64,000 bases of DNA from an uncultured Gemmatimonadaceae bacterium (GTDB lineage: Bacteria > Gemmatimonadota > Gemmatimonadetes > Gemmatimonadales > Gemmatimonadaceae), in contig CAWBOC010000009.1 in NCBI GenBank assembly GCA_963790305.1, positions 512,001 through 576,000 of the forward strand, in the 5' to 3' direction. Within the stretch, counting starts at the first letter, position 1. Every line of letters begins with the position of its first letter. This document shows positions 47,439-56,287 of this stretch, piece after piece. The notes beneath the pieces are model-generated. The model saw only the letters and a program-made list of their open reading frames with translations, made no database searches and had not been told where the DNA came from. Made by a program: the position numbers and the translations under genes.

Positions 47439-49709
47439 CTATCGGGGTGTCGATGGCGTGACAGGAGCGGGAGTCGTCTGTTCTGCTCCCGCGACGGTGC
47501 CCGATCCAGTACCCCCCGCCCGACCCTGAGTGCCCGCTGCACGCGTGCCGGTTGGCTCGACCACCTGGAAGAACGACGCGCTCGCCGATCCGAAATCAGC
47601 AGCCTCAGCGTCCTTCCGCAGTTGCGCGATCATGCGCTCCGCACGCGACCGAAGCTCGGCGTCCACCACGGCAATCACCTGGGCTTCACCCTGCGCCAGG
47701 GCTGCCTGCGCACTGGCGAGCGCTGCCCGCGCGGCTTGCACCCGCTCCGTGTCCCCGCCCTGCATTGCGGCGAGCTCGGCAGCCACGATCTGCTGCGTCG
47801 CGTCGAGCTGCGTGCGAACGGAGTCTACCAGCGCGAACGCATGCGCCGACTTCTGCTGCAGCGAATCGCGCAAGGCTACCACGGGGTGGCGGCGCACGGC
47901 GCTCTCGATGTTCTGCTCGATCGCCGTGGCGAGCCGCAAATAGATTTCGGCGGTCGAGCGCTCGGACTGCAGGATGTTTGCTTCCGTTGAGCCCGAGCTC
48001 GCGCCCAATGCGGCTCGCGTGCTATCGACCTTCGTCAGATTCGCTTGTGCGAGCTCGCGTGTCTCGGCCGCGCTCGCCACGAGCATGTCGCGCACCATAT
48101 TCGCGACCTCATCCACCACCGCGGAAACACGCTGCAGGGAATCGCGAGCGCCGGTCAGGCGAGCCGTCACTGTGTCGAGACTCGACCGCTCCTGGCCAAT
48201 CACTTCCTGCAAACGCTGGAGTGTCGCCAGACGCAGCTGCTGCGCGTCGAGCTGCTCCTGAAGGCGGAGCTGCGCCATCGCCACCACCACGTCGCCGGCG
48301 GCCAGCCGCTCCGCGGCCTGCGCATAGCGGCCGAGGTTCTCGGCGGAGGCGGGCACGTACAGCACGCGTCTCGGGAACTCCGCGCCAAGCGCGTTGGCCA
48401 CGGTATCGAGGCGAACCTCGACATCGGCCAGCGTCACGACGTCAGGCGCCGGCGGCTCCATCGAAACGCGCGCCAGGGTGCTGTCCGCGAACACCGCTGC
48501 CAGGACCGAGACGTCGGCGCCTGCGGCGTCAGGAAGCGCGAGCGTCTTTCCCGCCGCCGGATAGCTGAGGAACAGCAGCCCAGCGGCGCGAGTCGCCACG
48601 AGTGCCCGGGCGGCGTTGCCCATCTGGGCCGCGCGGCCCTGGACGACGTTCACCTCGGCCGCCAACGAATCGGAGATCGCCTCGAACAGGCGCTCAGCGT
48701 CCGCGGTCCGCCCCTGCTGCAGCTGAATCTGCGCCGCGAGGACGCGTGCTTCGTCGCGCTCGGGCAGCTTCGGGTAGCGAGTGGCGAATTCCGTAAACGA
48801 CGCCGCCGACGCATCGAGCTGGTTGGCGCGGAACTGCGCCCACGCACGAATCAGCAGTGCCTGCGCCCCGAGTCCACGCGCCGCGTCAATCTGGCCGGCG
48901 AGCGAGATGGCGTCATCGTACCGACGGGCAGAATACGCGAGCTGCGCGGCCGTGAGGCGAACGTGGTCAGCGGCATCACCCGTCGCGGTGCCGGCGACCT
49001 GCCGGAGTGCGTCGATGGCGGCGCCGACCTGCGAGGTATCGGCTCGCACCATCGCGACGGCATCCATGTAGCGCGCGTACGTGTTGAATGGTCCTTCACT
49101 TTGCGCGGCAGCGCCGAACGACGTCCGGGCCTGCGCGATGTTCCCCTGATTGTACGCGACGAGACCGGACACCAATGCCGTTAGGCCGCGATCGGTCGCG
49201 ACACCCGCGCCGGCGGCGAGGGCCGTTGCACGTCCATAATCGCCGCGGCGGTATGCGTCCACCATGAGCTGAAGGCGCAGGAGCCCCGCGTATCGGCCCG
49301 ATGGCGACGCATTCAGAATATCCTGCGCGGCGCCGCGGAACCGCTCGCCGACGCCGAGGCGATAGTACGTCTGCGCCAGGAGGAAGAGCAGATCCTGCCG
49401 GCGGTTAACGCTGGCGCGCGAGACGCTGTCGCCGGTCAGCGCGATGGGCGAAGCGCGCAGGAACTCCAGCCGATTGAGCGCGACGAGCGCCCGATCGGTG
49501 GCGATATCGTAGAGCGCCGCGCGAAGCTCCGCATCGACGCCGCGCGCCTGATCCGGCCGCGGCGTGACGACAGTATCACGTCTCGCAGTCGTGTCGACCG
49601 GCGTCGGCCGCTGCGCCGTATCGGCGGGAACCTGCGCCGATGCGGCGGCGCCGGCGATGAAGAGCGCCGTCGCGGCGCCATGGATGCACGACCGCAAGAG
49701 GGAGGACAC
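47439..49709 (-). CDS. Exported TPR and coiled-coil protein (GltC-like position)
   Basis: Signal peptide, TPR-like helices (QALLIRAWAQF), long C-terminal heptads; start uncertain (49709 or 49718). Confidence 0.72.
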   Translation of the reverse strand: MSSLLRSCIHGAATALFIAGAAASAQVPADTAQRPTPVDTTARRDTVVTPRPDQARGVDAELRAALYDIATDRALVALNRLEFLRASPIALTGDSVSRASVNRRQDLLFLLAQTYYRLGVGERFRGAAQDILNASPSGRYAGLLRLQLMVDAYRRGDYGRATALAAGAGVATDRGLTALVSGLVAYNQGNIAQARTSFGAAAQSEGPFNTYARYMDAVAMVRADTSQVGAAIDALRQVAGTATGDAADHVRLTAAQLAYSARRYDDAISLAGQIDAARGLGAQALLIRAWAQFRANQLDASAASFTEFATRYPKLPERDEARVLAAQIQLQQGRTADAERLFEAISDSLAAEVNVVQGRAAQMGNAARALVATRAAGLLFLSYPAAGKTLALPDAAGADVSVLAAVFADSTLARVSMEPPAPDVVTLADVEVRLDTVANALGAEFPRRVLYVPASAENLGRYAQAAERLAAGDVVVAMAQLRLQEQLDAQQLRLATLQRLQEVIGQERSSLDTVTARLTGARDSLQRVSAVVDEVANMVRDMLVASAAETRELAQANLTKVDSTRAALGASSGSTEANILQSERSTAEIYLRLATAIEQNIESAVRRHPVVALRDSLQQKSAHAFALVDSVRTQLDATQQIVAAELAAMQGGDTERVQAARAALASAQAALAQGEAQVIAVVDAELRSRAERMIAQLRKDAEAADFGSASASFFQVVEPTGTRAAGTQGRAGGTGSGTVAGAEQTTPAPVTPSTPR

Positions 49710-49723
49710 CGAGCCCACCCTTA

Positions 49724-50419
49724 TCAGAAAGGAGTAGTGCCGCGACTCGTCCACGTCGTCGGGACGAGCTGTCCGTTGCGCACCGCGAACTGCAGGTACG
49801 TGACCGTTTCACCCGCTGTGTTGACGTCGATCGTTTGCACGAGCAGCTGTCCGTTCACGGTCGCCTGGAAGCGGATCGAGTGCCGCGTCGGCAAGACGTC
49901 GGAGCGATACAGCTGGTCGACGGCCCCGAGCTTGAGCGCCTCGTTCGCGGTGGCCGAGTACTCGCGGCTTCCGGCGACCGCGCCATCCACCTCGAGCCGG
50001 GCGTCGGTAATGGTCTGTCCTTGCGCCGCCGAGTCCGCACGCACCATCACGACCAGGACTGAACCGGTGCGCCGACGAACAGCGTCCCCCAGAGAGCGGA
50101 ACCGCTCGCGCTGCGCGATCAGATTGTCCTGCGATGACGTCAGGATCGCATCGAGCTGCATCAGCGCGTCGCGCTCGTTGCTCATCATCAACTGCTGCGC
50201 GCGCCGCTCGAGCTCGGCGGCGAGCACGTTTTCAATGCGGGCCTGCAGCTGCACGCGCTGGCCGCGCAGCTCGCTGAGCCGCTGCTGCGTCGTCTCGAGC
50301 TCTTTCACCAGCTCGGCGCGGCGACGCTCGTAGGCCTCGTCGGCGGGCGAGCGCTGGGCGGCCGCCGCGACGGGAATGAGAAGGGCGAGGGCCGGGGCCC
50401 ACCATCCACGAAGGTTCAT
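49724..50419 (-). CDS. Exported coiled-coil plus beta-domain hypothetical protein
   Basis: Signal peptide, coiled coil of about 90 aa, C-terminal LEVDGAVAGSREYSATANEALKLGAVDQLY domain. Confidence 0.75.
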   Translation of the reverse strand: MNLRGWWAPALALLIPVAAAAQRSPADEAYERRRAELVKELETTQQRLSELRGQRVQLQARIENVLAAELERRAQQLMMSNERDALMQLDAILTSSQDNLIAQRERFRSLGDAVRRRTGSVLVVMVRADSAAQGQTITDARLEVDGAVAGSREYSATANEALKLGAVDQLYRSDVLPTRHSIRFQATVNGQLLVQTIDVNTAGETVTYLQFAVRNGQLVPTTWTSRGTTPF

Positions 50420-50446
50420 GAGATCTCGTCGAATGTGCGCACTGGA

Positions 50447-51661
50447 TCAGCGGCGACGCGGCGGTGGCGCACGTTCCTCGATGCGGCGGAGCCGCTCCTC
50501 GAGGCGCTGCAGTGCTTCACGCTCCGCCCGGAGCTCGGCTTCGGCGGCGGCGCGGCGCTGCTCGAGCTCGAGAAGGTTCTGCGCCTCGTACCGGTTGATC
50601 TCGAGCTCCAGCGCTGCGATGCGCTGCTGCCGGGTCTGAATCTCGGCCAATAGCGCCTCGCGCTGCCGTTCGAGCTGCGTCACGCGCGTCCGAAGGAAGT
50701 CTCCCTTCAACAGCGCGAAGATGTTGCTTTGCAGACCGATCGTGAACGCGAACTTGCTGTAGTTGTACAGCGCGCGCGCGGCAGTCTCGGTGGTGGTGTT
50801 GCTGGGCGACCGCGCTGCGCCGGCGCCAAGCTCGGTCCAGTAGAGGCCAGCCCGCATTCCGCGCCAATCGAGCGACGCGCCAACGTTGTAATCCCAGGCG
50901 TTGTTCTCTGCCATGAGCGACAACACGGTGTTCGGTGTCGGCGTGAAATCAACCTTGAGGCCCCCGAAGAGTCCGCCGGTCGAGTTCTTCGCGTACGCAT
51001 CGCCGAGCTCGCCGTCGTCCGAGAAAAGTCCGTTCCCGTATCCGACCGAGACCGACAGGTTCACGTCCGGCCACCCCGACCGAATATCGGCGAGCGAGAA
51101 GGATTTCGTCCCGACACCGTACACCGTGGGGGTGACGTCGAACGACTCGTGGATGCTGTCCGCGACGTGGCGATAGTTTGGCGAGCCCGGGTTCGGCGGC
51201 AGAAGCGAATACCCGATACCAAAACGATCGATTTGATCGTACGGACCAATGCCGCGCACGCCGAAGGCGATACTCGGAATGAACCACCCGCCCGGACGCC
51301 CCCGGAACTGCTCCTCGTTGAGGACCAGCGCCTGCCCGAAGAATCCGTACTCCGGATTGCTCGAGTAAAAGGCAACGCCGGCCTCGACGCGACCAAACAC
51401 CGACAGCGAGAACGTGAGCTGCGAGTTCAGCTGATCGTTGTAATTGATCTTCGTGACGGTCTGGTCGCCCTTTTCGAACGTCTTGACCGAGTAGTTGAGC
51501 GCGAAGTCACCGCTCAACGGCGCGACCCACGCAACGGGGATGTCGACGAGTCCCGCGCCCCAATAGAGCGTCTGCGGGTACGTCTGCTGTGCCGCGAGTG
51601 GACTCGCCAGGGCGCCGAGCCCAATGGTGGCTGCGGTCACGACGCGACGACGGATGCTCAT
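50447..51661 (-). CDS. YjbH-like outer membrane beta-barrel with C-terminal coiled coil (paralog 2)
   Basis: Signal peptide, GAGLVDIPVA, PSIAFGVRGI, YGVGTK, SVGYGNG, LFGG; coiled-coil tail. Confidence 0.65.
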   Translation of the reverse strand: MSIRRRVVTAATIGLGALASPLAAQQTYPQTLYWGAGLVDIPVAWVAPLSGDFALNYSVKTFEKGDQTVTKINYNDQLNSQLTFSLSVFGRVEAGVAFYSSNPEYGFFGQALVLNEEQFRGRPGGWFIPSIAFGVRGIGPYDQIDRFGIGYSLLPPNPGSPNYRHVADSIHESFDVTPTVYGVGTKSFSLADIRSGWPDVNLSVSVGYGNGLFSDDGELGDAYAKNSTGGLFGGLKVDFTPTPNTVLSLMAENNAWDYNVGASLDWRGMRAGLYWTELGAGAARSPSNTTTETAARALYNYSKFAFTIGLQSNIFALLKGDFLRTRVTQLERQREALLAEIQTRQQRIAALELEINRYEAQNLLELEQRRAAAEAELRAEREALQRLEERLRRIEERAPPPRRR

Positions 51662-51673
51662 CGTTCTTTCCTC

Positions 51674-52928
51674 TTAGCGGAACGCGGGCGGAGTAGCGCT
51701 CGACGACGGCGCGCTTGGCGGCGGCGAGCTGGACGGTGGCGGAGTCGTCGGCGGCGGCGGATTGCGCTCGAATGTTCTGGAGCCGCTCCTCGGCGCGCCG
51801 AATCGCATCGCGCTCTTCCTGGATCTGACGCTCGAGCTCCTCGCGGCGACGTGCAATGTCCGCGAGCTCGCCGGCCTGGGCGCGGCGCAACGCGACCTCC
51901 AGCGCCCGAATGCGGCGCTCACGGTTCGCGATCTCGGCGCGCAACCGGTACTGCTCGCGCGTCAGCTCCGTCACCCTCGTGCGGAGAATGACGCCGCGCG
52001 AGATATCGATCAGGTTTCCTGCATACCCGAGTGAAACGTTCCACTTGCGGTAGTTATACACGCGGCAGAGCCCGCACTTCAATGGGTCGCGCGACCCTTC
52101 CTCGAGCTCCGTCCCGTAGAGTCCCAGGGCGATACCACGCCAATCGAGAATGACGCCCGCGTTCCAGTCCCACGCGTCGTTTTCGGCGAGTACCGTCAGC
52201 GAGGTGTTCAGTGACGGGTGAAAGGACACGCGGCCCCCGAGAAACATTCCCTCGACGAGCGTGCCCTTCATGTTGTATTCGTCGCCGAGACCGCCGTCAT
52301 CGTTGAAGATGCCGTTGCCCCAGCCGATTGAAAAACTGCCGCTGGTGGCGAGGGGGCTGCCAAACTCCTTGGTCGCGACGGCATACAGCGTCGGCGTTGA
52401 CTTGAGATCGTCGAAGACCGACGCACGCGCCTCGCCATACTCGACGCCTTCGAGGACGATGTCGTGCGCGATCAGCAAGCGGTCGGAATGATCGTACGGG
52501 CCGATGTTGCGAACGCCGATCGCGACCGAGGGCACGACGCCTCCGAATTGCTCTTCCCGGAGCAGCATGACCTGGCCGAAGAATCCCCACTCGGGATTCT
52601 GGCTGTAGGCCGCCGCGCCGATGGAGAACCGCCCGAGCCAGTGCGTGTCGATAGCGATGTTCGTGTTCCACTTCGTCGCCCAGTTCATCGCATCGGCATC
52701 GATATAGTGCTCGATTGTCTTGCCCGACGTATTCAGCCACATGTCGGCGTTGCGTGGAGACACCCACGCCACCGGGATGTTGATGAGGCCCGTGCCGAAC
52801 TGAAGCGTCGCCGGATACGGCGTGCGCTGCACGGTCGGGGCGTCCTGCGCCGCCACAGCGGACGCCAGGAGCAGCGAAGCTGCGAGGGCGCGCGGCATCA
52901 AGCCGACAGCCGACCGCATCGTGCGCAT
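51674..52928 (-). CDS. YjbH-like outer membrane beta-barrel with C-terminal coiled coil (paralog 1; apparent +1 frameshift at ~51771)
   Basis: GTGLINIPVA, PSVAIGVRNI, YAVATK, IGWGNG. Removing one base gives NIERNPPPPTTPPP...PAFR* ending at 51674, just before the RBS of the next gene. Confidence 0.65.
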
Positions 52929-53142
52929 GAATCCTCCACTCACTCGGTGTTCATCGGTGATCATCGTAGCGCTGCGCCAACGACGCGTCTCGTTTTCGAC
53001 GACGCCGCGACGGCGGGAAACTTGTACGACGCGTGCGCCAGAATCAAACCCCTACGGGGTGCAAGAGGTATGCCCCATGCCAGCGAGTCACGCGCCCGTC
53101 CGTCAGGTAGCGATCCTCGCGCACGATACGTATCTCTCGTCC

Positions 53143-54300
53143 GTGCACACCCGCCTGCTGATTCCAGCTTTGCTGCTCGTTGCCACTCCGCTCTCGCTCG
53201 TCGCGCAGAGCGATGCTTCTACCGCCGCGGCCGGTCGCATTCCACGCCGGACACTGCTCGCCGTAGTCGGTGCACTCGTCGGCGGAGCGGGTGGTGCGGT
53301 GCTTCATCACGACGAAAGCGGCACCGCGTGCCGCCCCTGTACCATCGGAGCTGGCGTACTCATCGGCGGCATCGCCGGGCTGTTCATCGGTCGCGAGGTC
53401 GATCAGACGTACGCGCTCCGGTACCGCGGAGCACCACGCCTGCGGATCCCGTTCGCGGAGCAACCACTCGACGGTGATTTGCTCGCCCTCACCGCACGAG
53501 ATACGCTTCTCGCCGTCGCTACATCGACCGGCGTCACTGTCTTGTCCAGCACCAGCGCACTGCGCACGCGCGGGCGACGCGCCACCGGCATTCGCGGGAT
53601 CTCCGCGCTCGACCTCACAAGTCGCACACACGCGCTGGCCGTTGCGACTCCCACCGGCCTTTACCTCTACCCACCCATCCAGGGCGCAGGCGTGCTTCTG
53701 CGGGAGGGCACGATTCAGGCCGCCAGCGCGTCGGACGACCACGTATTCTTCGCCCTCGGCTCGAGAATCGAGTGGGCCCCGCTAACCAGCGACTCCGCAC
53801 GCGTTTGGCGGGGGCTGGAAGTTAACACGTCGGTGGTCGATCTCGAATGGCAAGGCCGCCGGCGGACGCTCTGGGCGCTGACCGATACCCTCATCATCGC
53901 TCTGGAGTGGAATGGCGACAGCCTGGCGACGTCGTCTCGAACGCGCGTCGACGCTGGCGGACGTTCGCTGACCATTCATGGAGACATGATGGCCGTGGCG
54001 CTGGGAAGCGCGGGCGTCGCGATCTTCGACGTGGCGGACCCGACGGCGCCGCGCGAGGCGGCGCGGTGGTCGGAAGCTCGCTTCGTATACGACGTCGCAC
54101 TCGCGGCTGACCGCCTGTACGCCGGCGCCGGTCCGGAGGGCGTCTTCGTCATCGATGCCACCACGATACCACCACGCACCATAGGGCTCGCGTTCGATCT
54201 CGGGTTCGCGGCCACCCTCCTGTCCCGCAACGGATATACGTACATTCTCGACCGGCGCACGTCGTCCGTGCGCCGCATCTCCACTCCGACGACCCGGTGA
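53143..54300 (+). CDS. Membrane-anchored beta-propeller protein with LVIVD-like repeats
   Basis: Signal and glycine-zipper region; VALGSAGVAIFDVADP and YAGAGPEGVFVIDA repeats; start uncertain. Confidence 0.6.
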   Translation: MHTRLLIPALLLVATPLSLVAQSDASTAAAGRIPRRTLLAVVGALVGGAGGAVLHHDESGTACRPCTIGAGVLIGGIAGLFIGREVDQTYALRYRGAPRLRIPFAEQPLDGDLLALTARDTLLAVATSTGVTVLSSTSALRTRGRRATGIRGISALDLTSRTHALAVATPTGLYLYPPIQGAGVLLREGTIQAASASDDHVFFALGSRIEWAPLTSDSARVWRGLEVNTSVVDLEWQGRRRTLWALTDTLIIALEWNGDSLATSSRTRVDAGGRSLTIHGDMMAVALGSAGVAIFDVADPTAPREAARWSEARFVYDVALAADRLYAGAGPEGVFVIDATTIPPRTIGLAFDLGFAATLLSRNGYTYILDRRTSSVRRISTPTTR

Positions 54301-54303
54301 GAC

Positions 54304-54987
54304 ATGACTCGGTCACTCGCGCATGGCGCGGTGTCGCTTTCGTTGCTGCTCGTCCTCGGCTGCGGCGAAAGGGCGGCCGAGGGCGAGACGGCGCAAGCCG
54401 CGGCCCCGCCCTCCGCCACTCCCGACTCCCTGACGGCGCGAGCCGACGCCGCGCGCATTCAGGGGAGCCCAAACGCGCCAATCTGGGTGATCGAGGTAAG
54501 CGACTTTCAGTGCCCCTTCTGCAAGACGTGGCACGACTCGACCTATCGCACGCTCCAGCGGGAGTTCGTGACGCCCGGCACAATCCGGCTGGCCTACATC
54601 AACTACCCGCTGCCGAATCACGAGAACGCCATGCCCGCGGCCGAAGTGGCGATGTGCGCGGGCACCCAGGGCAAGTTCTGGCAGACGCACGACCGCCTGT
54701 TCGATACCCAGGAGCGCTGGGCGCACCTGCCTAACGCGGCAGCCCTGTTCGATTCCGTTGCGCGGTCGGCCGGCGTGGACGTCACGGCTATGCGCCGGTG
54801 CATCGACCAGGGCACCATACGCGCGCTCATCCAGGCGGATGCGGACCGTGCGCAGGAGTCCGGCGTCCAGGCAACGCCCTCTTTCATTATTGGGGGCGAT
54901 GTGCTCATCCGAGGCGCTCAGCCCATCGAGGCGTTCCGCAGAGCGATCGCGCAGAAGCTCGCGGCGCGCCCGGCCACAACCCCGTAG
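54304..54987 (+). CDS. DsbA-family thioredoxin-domain lipoprotein
   Basis: Lipobox VLGC, SDFQCPFC, GVQATPSF and GAQP motifs. Confidence 0.92.
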   Translation: MTRSLAHGAVSLSLLLVLGCGERAAEGETAQAAAPPSATPDSLTARADAARIQGSPNAPIWVIEVSDFQCPFCKTWHDSTYRTLQREFVTPGTIRLAYINYPLPNHENAMPAAEVAMCAGTQGKFWQTHDRLFDTQERWAHLPNAAALFDSVARSAGVDVTAMRRCIDQGTIRALIQADADRAQESGVQATPSFIIGGDVLIRGAQPIEAFRRAIAQKLAARPATTP

Positions 54988-54997
54988 CCGCCGCTCG

Positions 54998-56287
54998 GTG
55001 CGCCCGCTGATCGCCGCCGCGTACGAGGCTGCGGCGCGACTCGCGCTGGCCGCTGCACAGGTGGTCCCGTTCGGCCAGTCGAAGCTGATTCGTACGCTGC
55101 GCGCACGTCGCGGTCTCGCGAACCGCTATCGAATCTGGGCGAGCCTGCATCGTGACCGCTCGCGTCCCCTCCTCTGGATGCACGCGCCATCGGTAGGTGA
55201 GGGTCTCCAGGCGCGCCCGGTGCTCGAGCGCCTCCGGGACACGAGGCCTGACCTGCAGCTCGCGTACACGCATTTTTCCCCGAGCGCCGAGGCGTTCGCA
55301 GCGCGCCTGAACGTGGACTTTCGCGACTATCTGCCGTTCGACGCCACGAACGCGACTCGCACCGCGCTGGACGCGCTCCAACCCACGGCGCTCATCTTCT
55401 CGAAGGGGGATGTCTGGCCCACGCTCACTCGTGAGGCCCGCGGGCGCAATGTCCGGCTGGGACTGATCAGCGCCACGCTTGCCGCGCGATCCTCGCGACG
55501 CGGCGGTATCGCCTCGGCGATGCTGCGTGAGGCATACGCGAGCCTCGACGCTGTCGGGGCCATCAATGCGGATGACGCGGAGCGGCTCGCGGAGCTCGGC
55601 GTACGGCGCCACGTCATCGAGGTCACCGGCGATACCCGGTACGATCAAGTGTGGGCTCGTGCGATGGCGGTCGATCGATCGAGCGCGCTCCTCGCTCCCC
55701 TGGAATCGACTCGGCCCACGCTGGTTGCCGGAAGCACCTGGCCCGCGGACGAGCGAGTGCTGCTCACCGCATGGAGTCGCGTTCGGCGCGAGATTCCCCG
55801 CGCAAGGCTGATCATCGCCCCCCATGAGCCAACGGCCGCGCATCTCCAGCCGATTGAGCGTTGGGCGAACGAGGGTCATCTCACGCACGCTCGCCTAACC
55901 ACACCCATGGCAGGGACCGCCAATGTCGTCGTCGTCGACCGCGTCGGCGTGCTGGGAGATCTCTACGCACTGGCGACTGTGGCGTTCGTCGGCGGAGGGT
56001 TTCACGCCGCTGGCTTACACTCGGTGGTCGAGCCTGCAGCCTTCGGCGCGCCGGTCATGTTCGGCCCGCGCTGGCAAATGAGTCGCGATGCGGGGCTCCT
56101 TGTACAGGCAAAGGGGGCAGCGGCGGTGTCGAGCGCGGCGGAGCTCGCCGATCGGCTCGTCGAATGGATGGCCGCCTCGGACGCCAGACGGGCGGCCGGT
56201 GATCACGCACGCGAGGTCGTGCGCTCCGGGCTGGGGGCCGCCGATCGTACCGTCGCGCTCGTGGCGCGACTGCTCGAACGCCGCTAG
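54998..56287 (+). CDS. waaA: 3-deoxy-D-manno-octulosonic acid (Kdo) transferase
   Basis: WMHAPSVGE, YLPFD, TGDTRYD, AGSTW, IIAPHEP and AFVGGGF...HSVVEPAAFG motifs. Confidence 0.9.
   Translation: MRPLIAAAYEAAARLALAAAQVVPFGQSKLIRTLRARRGLANRYRIWASLHRDRSRPLLWMHAPSVGEGLQARPVLERLRDTRPDLQLAYTHFSPSAEAFAARLNVDFRDYLPFDATNATRTALDALQPTALIFSKGDVWPTLTREARGRNVRLGLISATLAARSSRRGGIASAMLREAYASLDAVGAINADDAERLAELGVRRHVIEVTGDTRYDQVWARAMAVDRSSALLAPLESTRPTLVAGSTWPADERVLLTAWSRVRREIPRARLIIAPHEPTAAHLQPIERWANEGHLTHARLTTPMAGTANVVVVDRVGVLGDLYALATVAFVGGGFHAAGLHSVVEPAAFGAPVMFGPRWQMSRDAGLLVQAKGAAAVSSAAELADRLVEWMAASDARRAAGDHAREVVRSGLGAADRTVALVARLLERR

Noticed and set aside
51507..51673. 155-nt overlap between the two YjbH-like genes
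   Set aside because: Disappears after correcting the indel at ~51771; the corrected stop lies just before the RBS of the next gene
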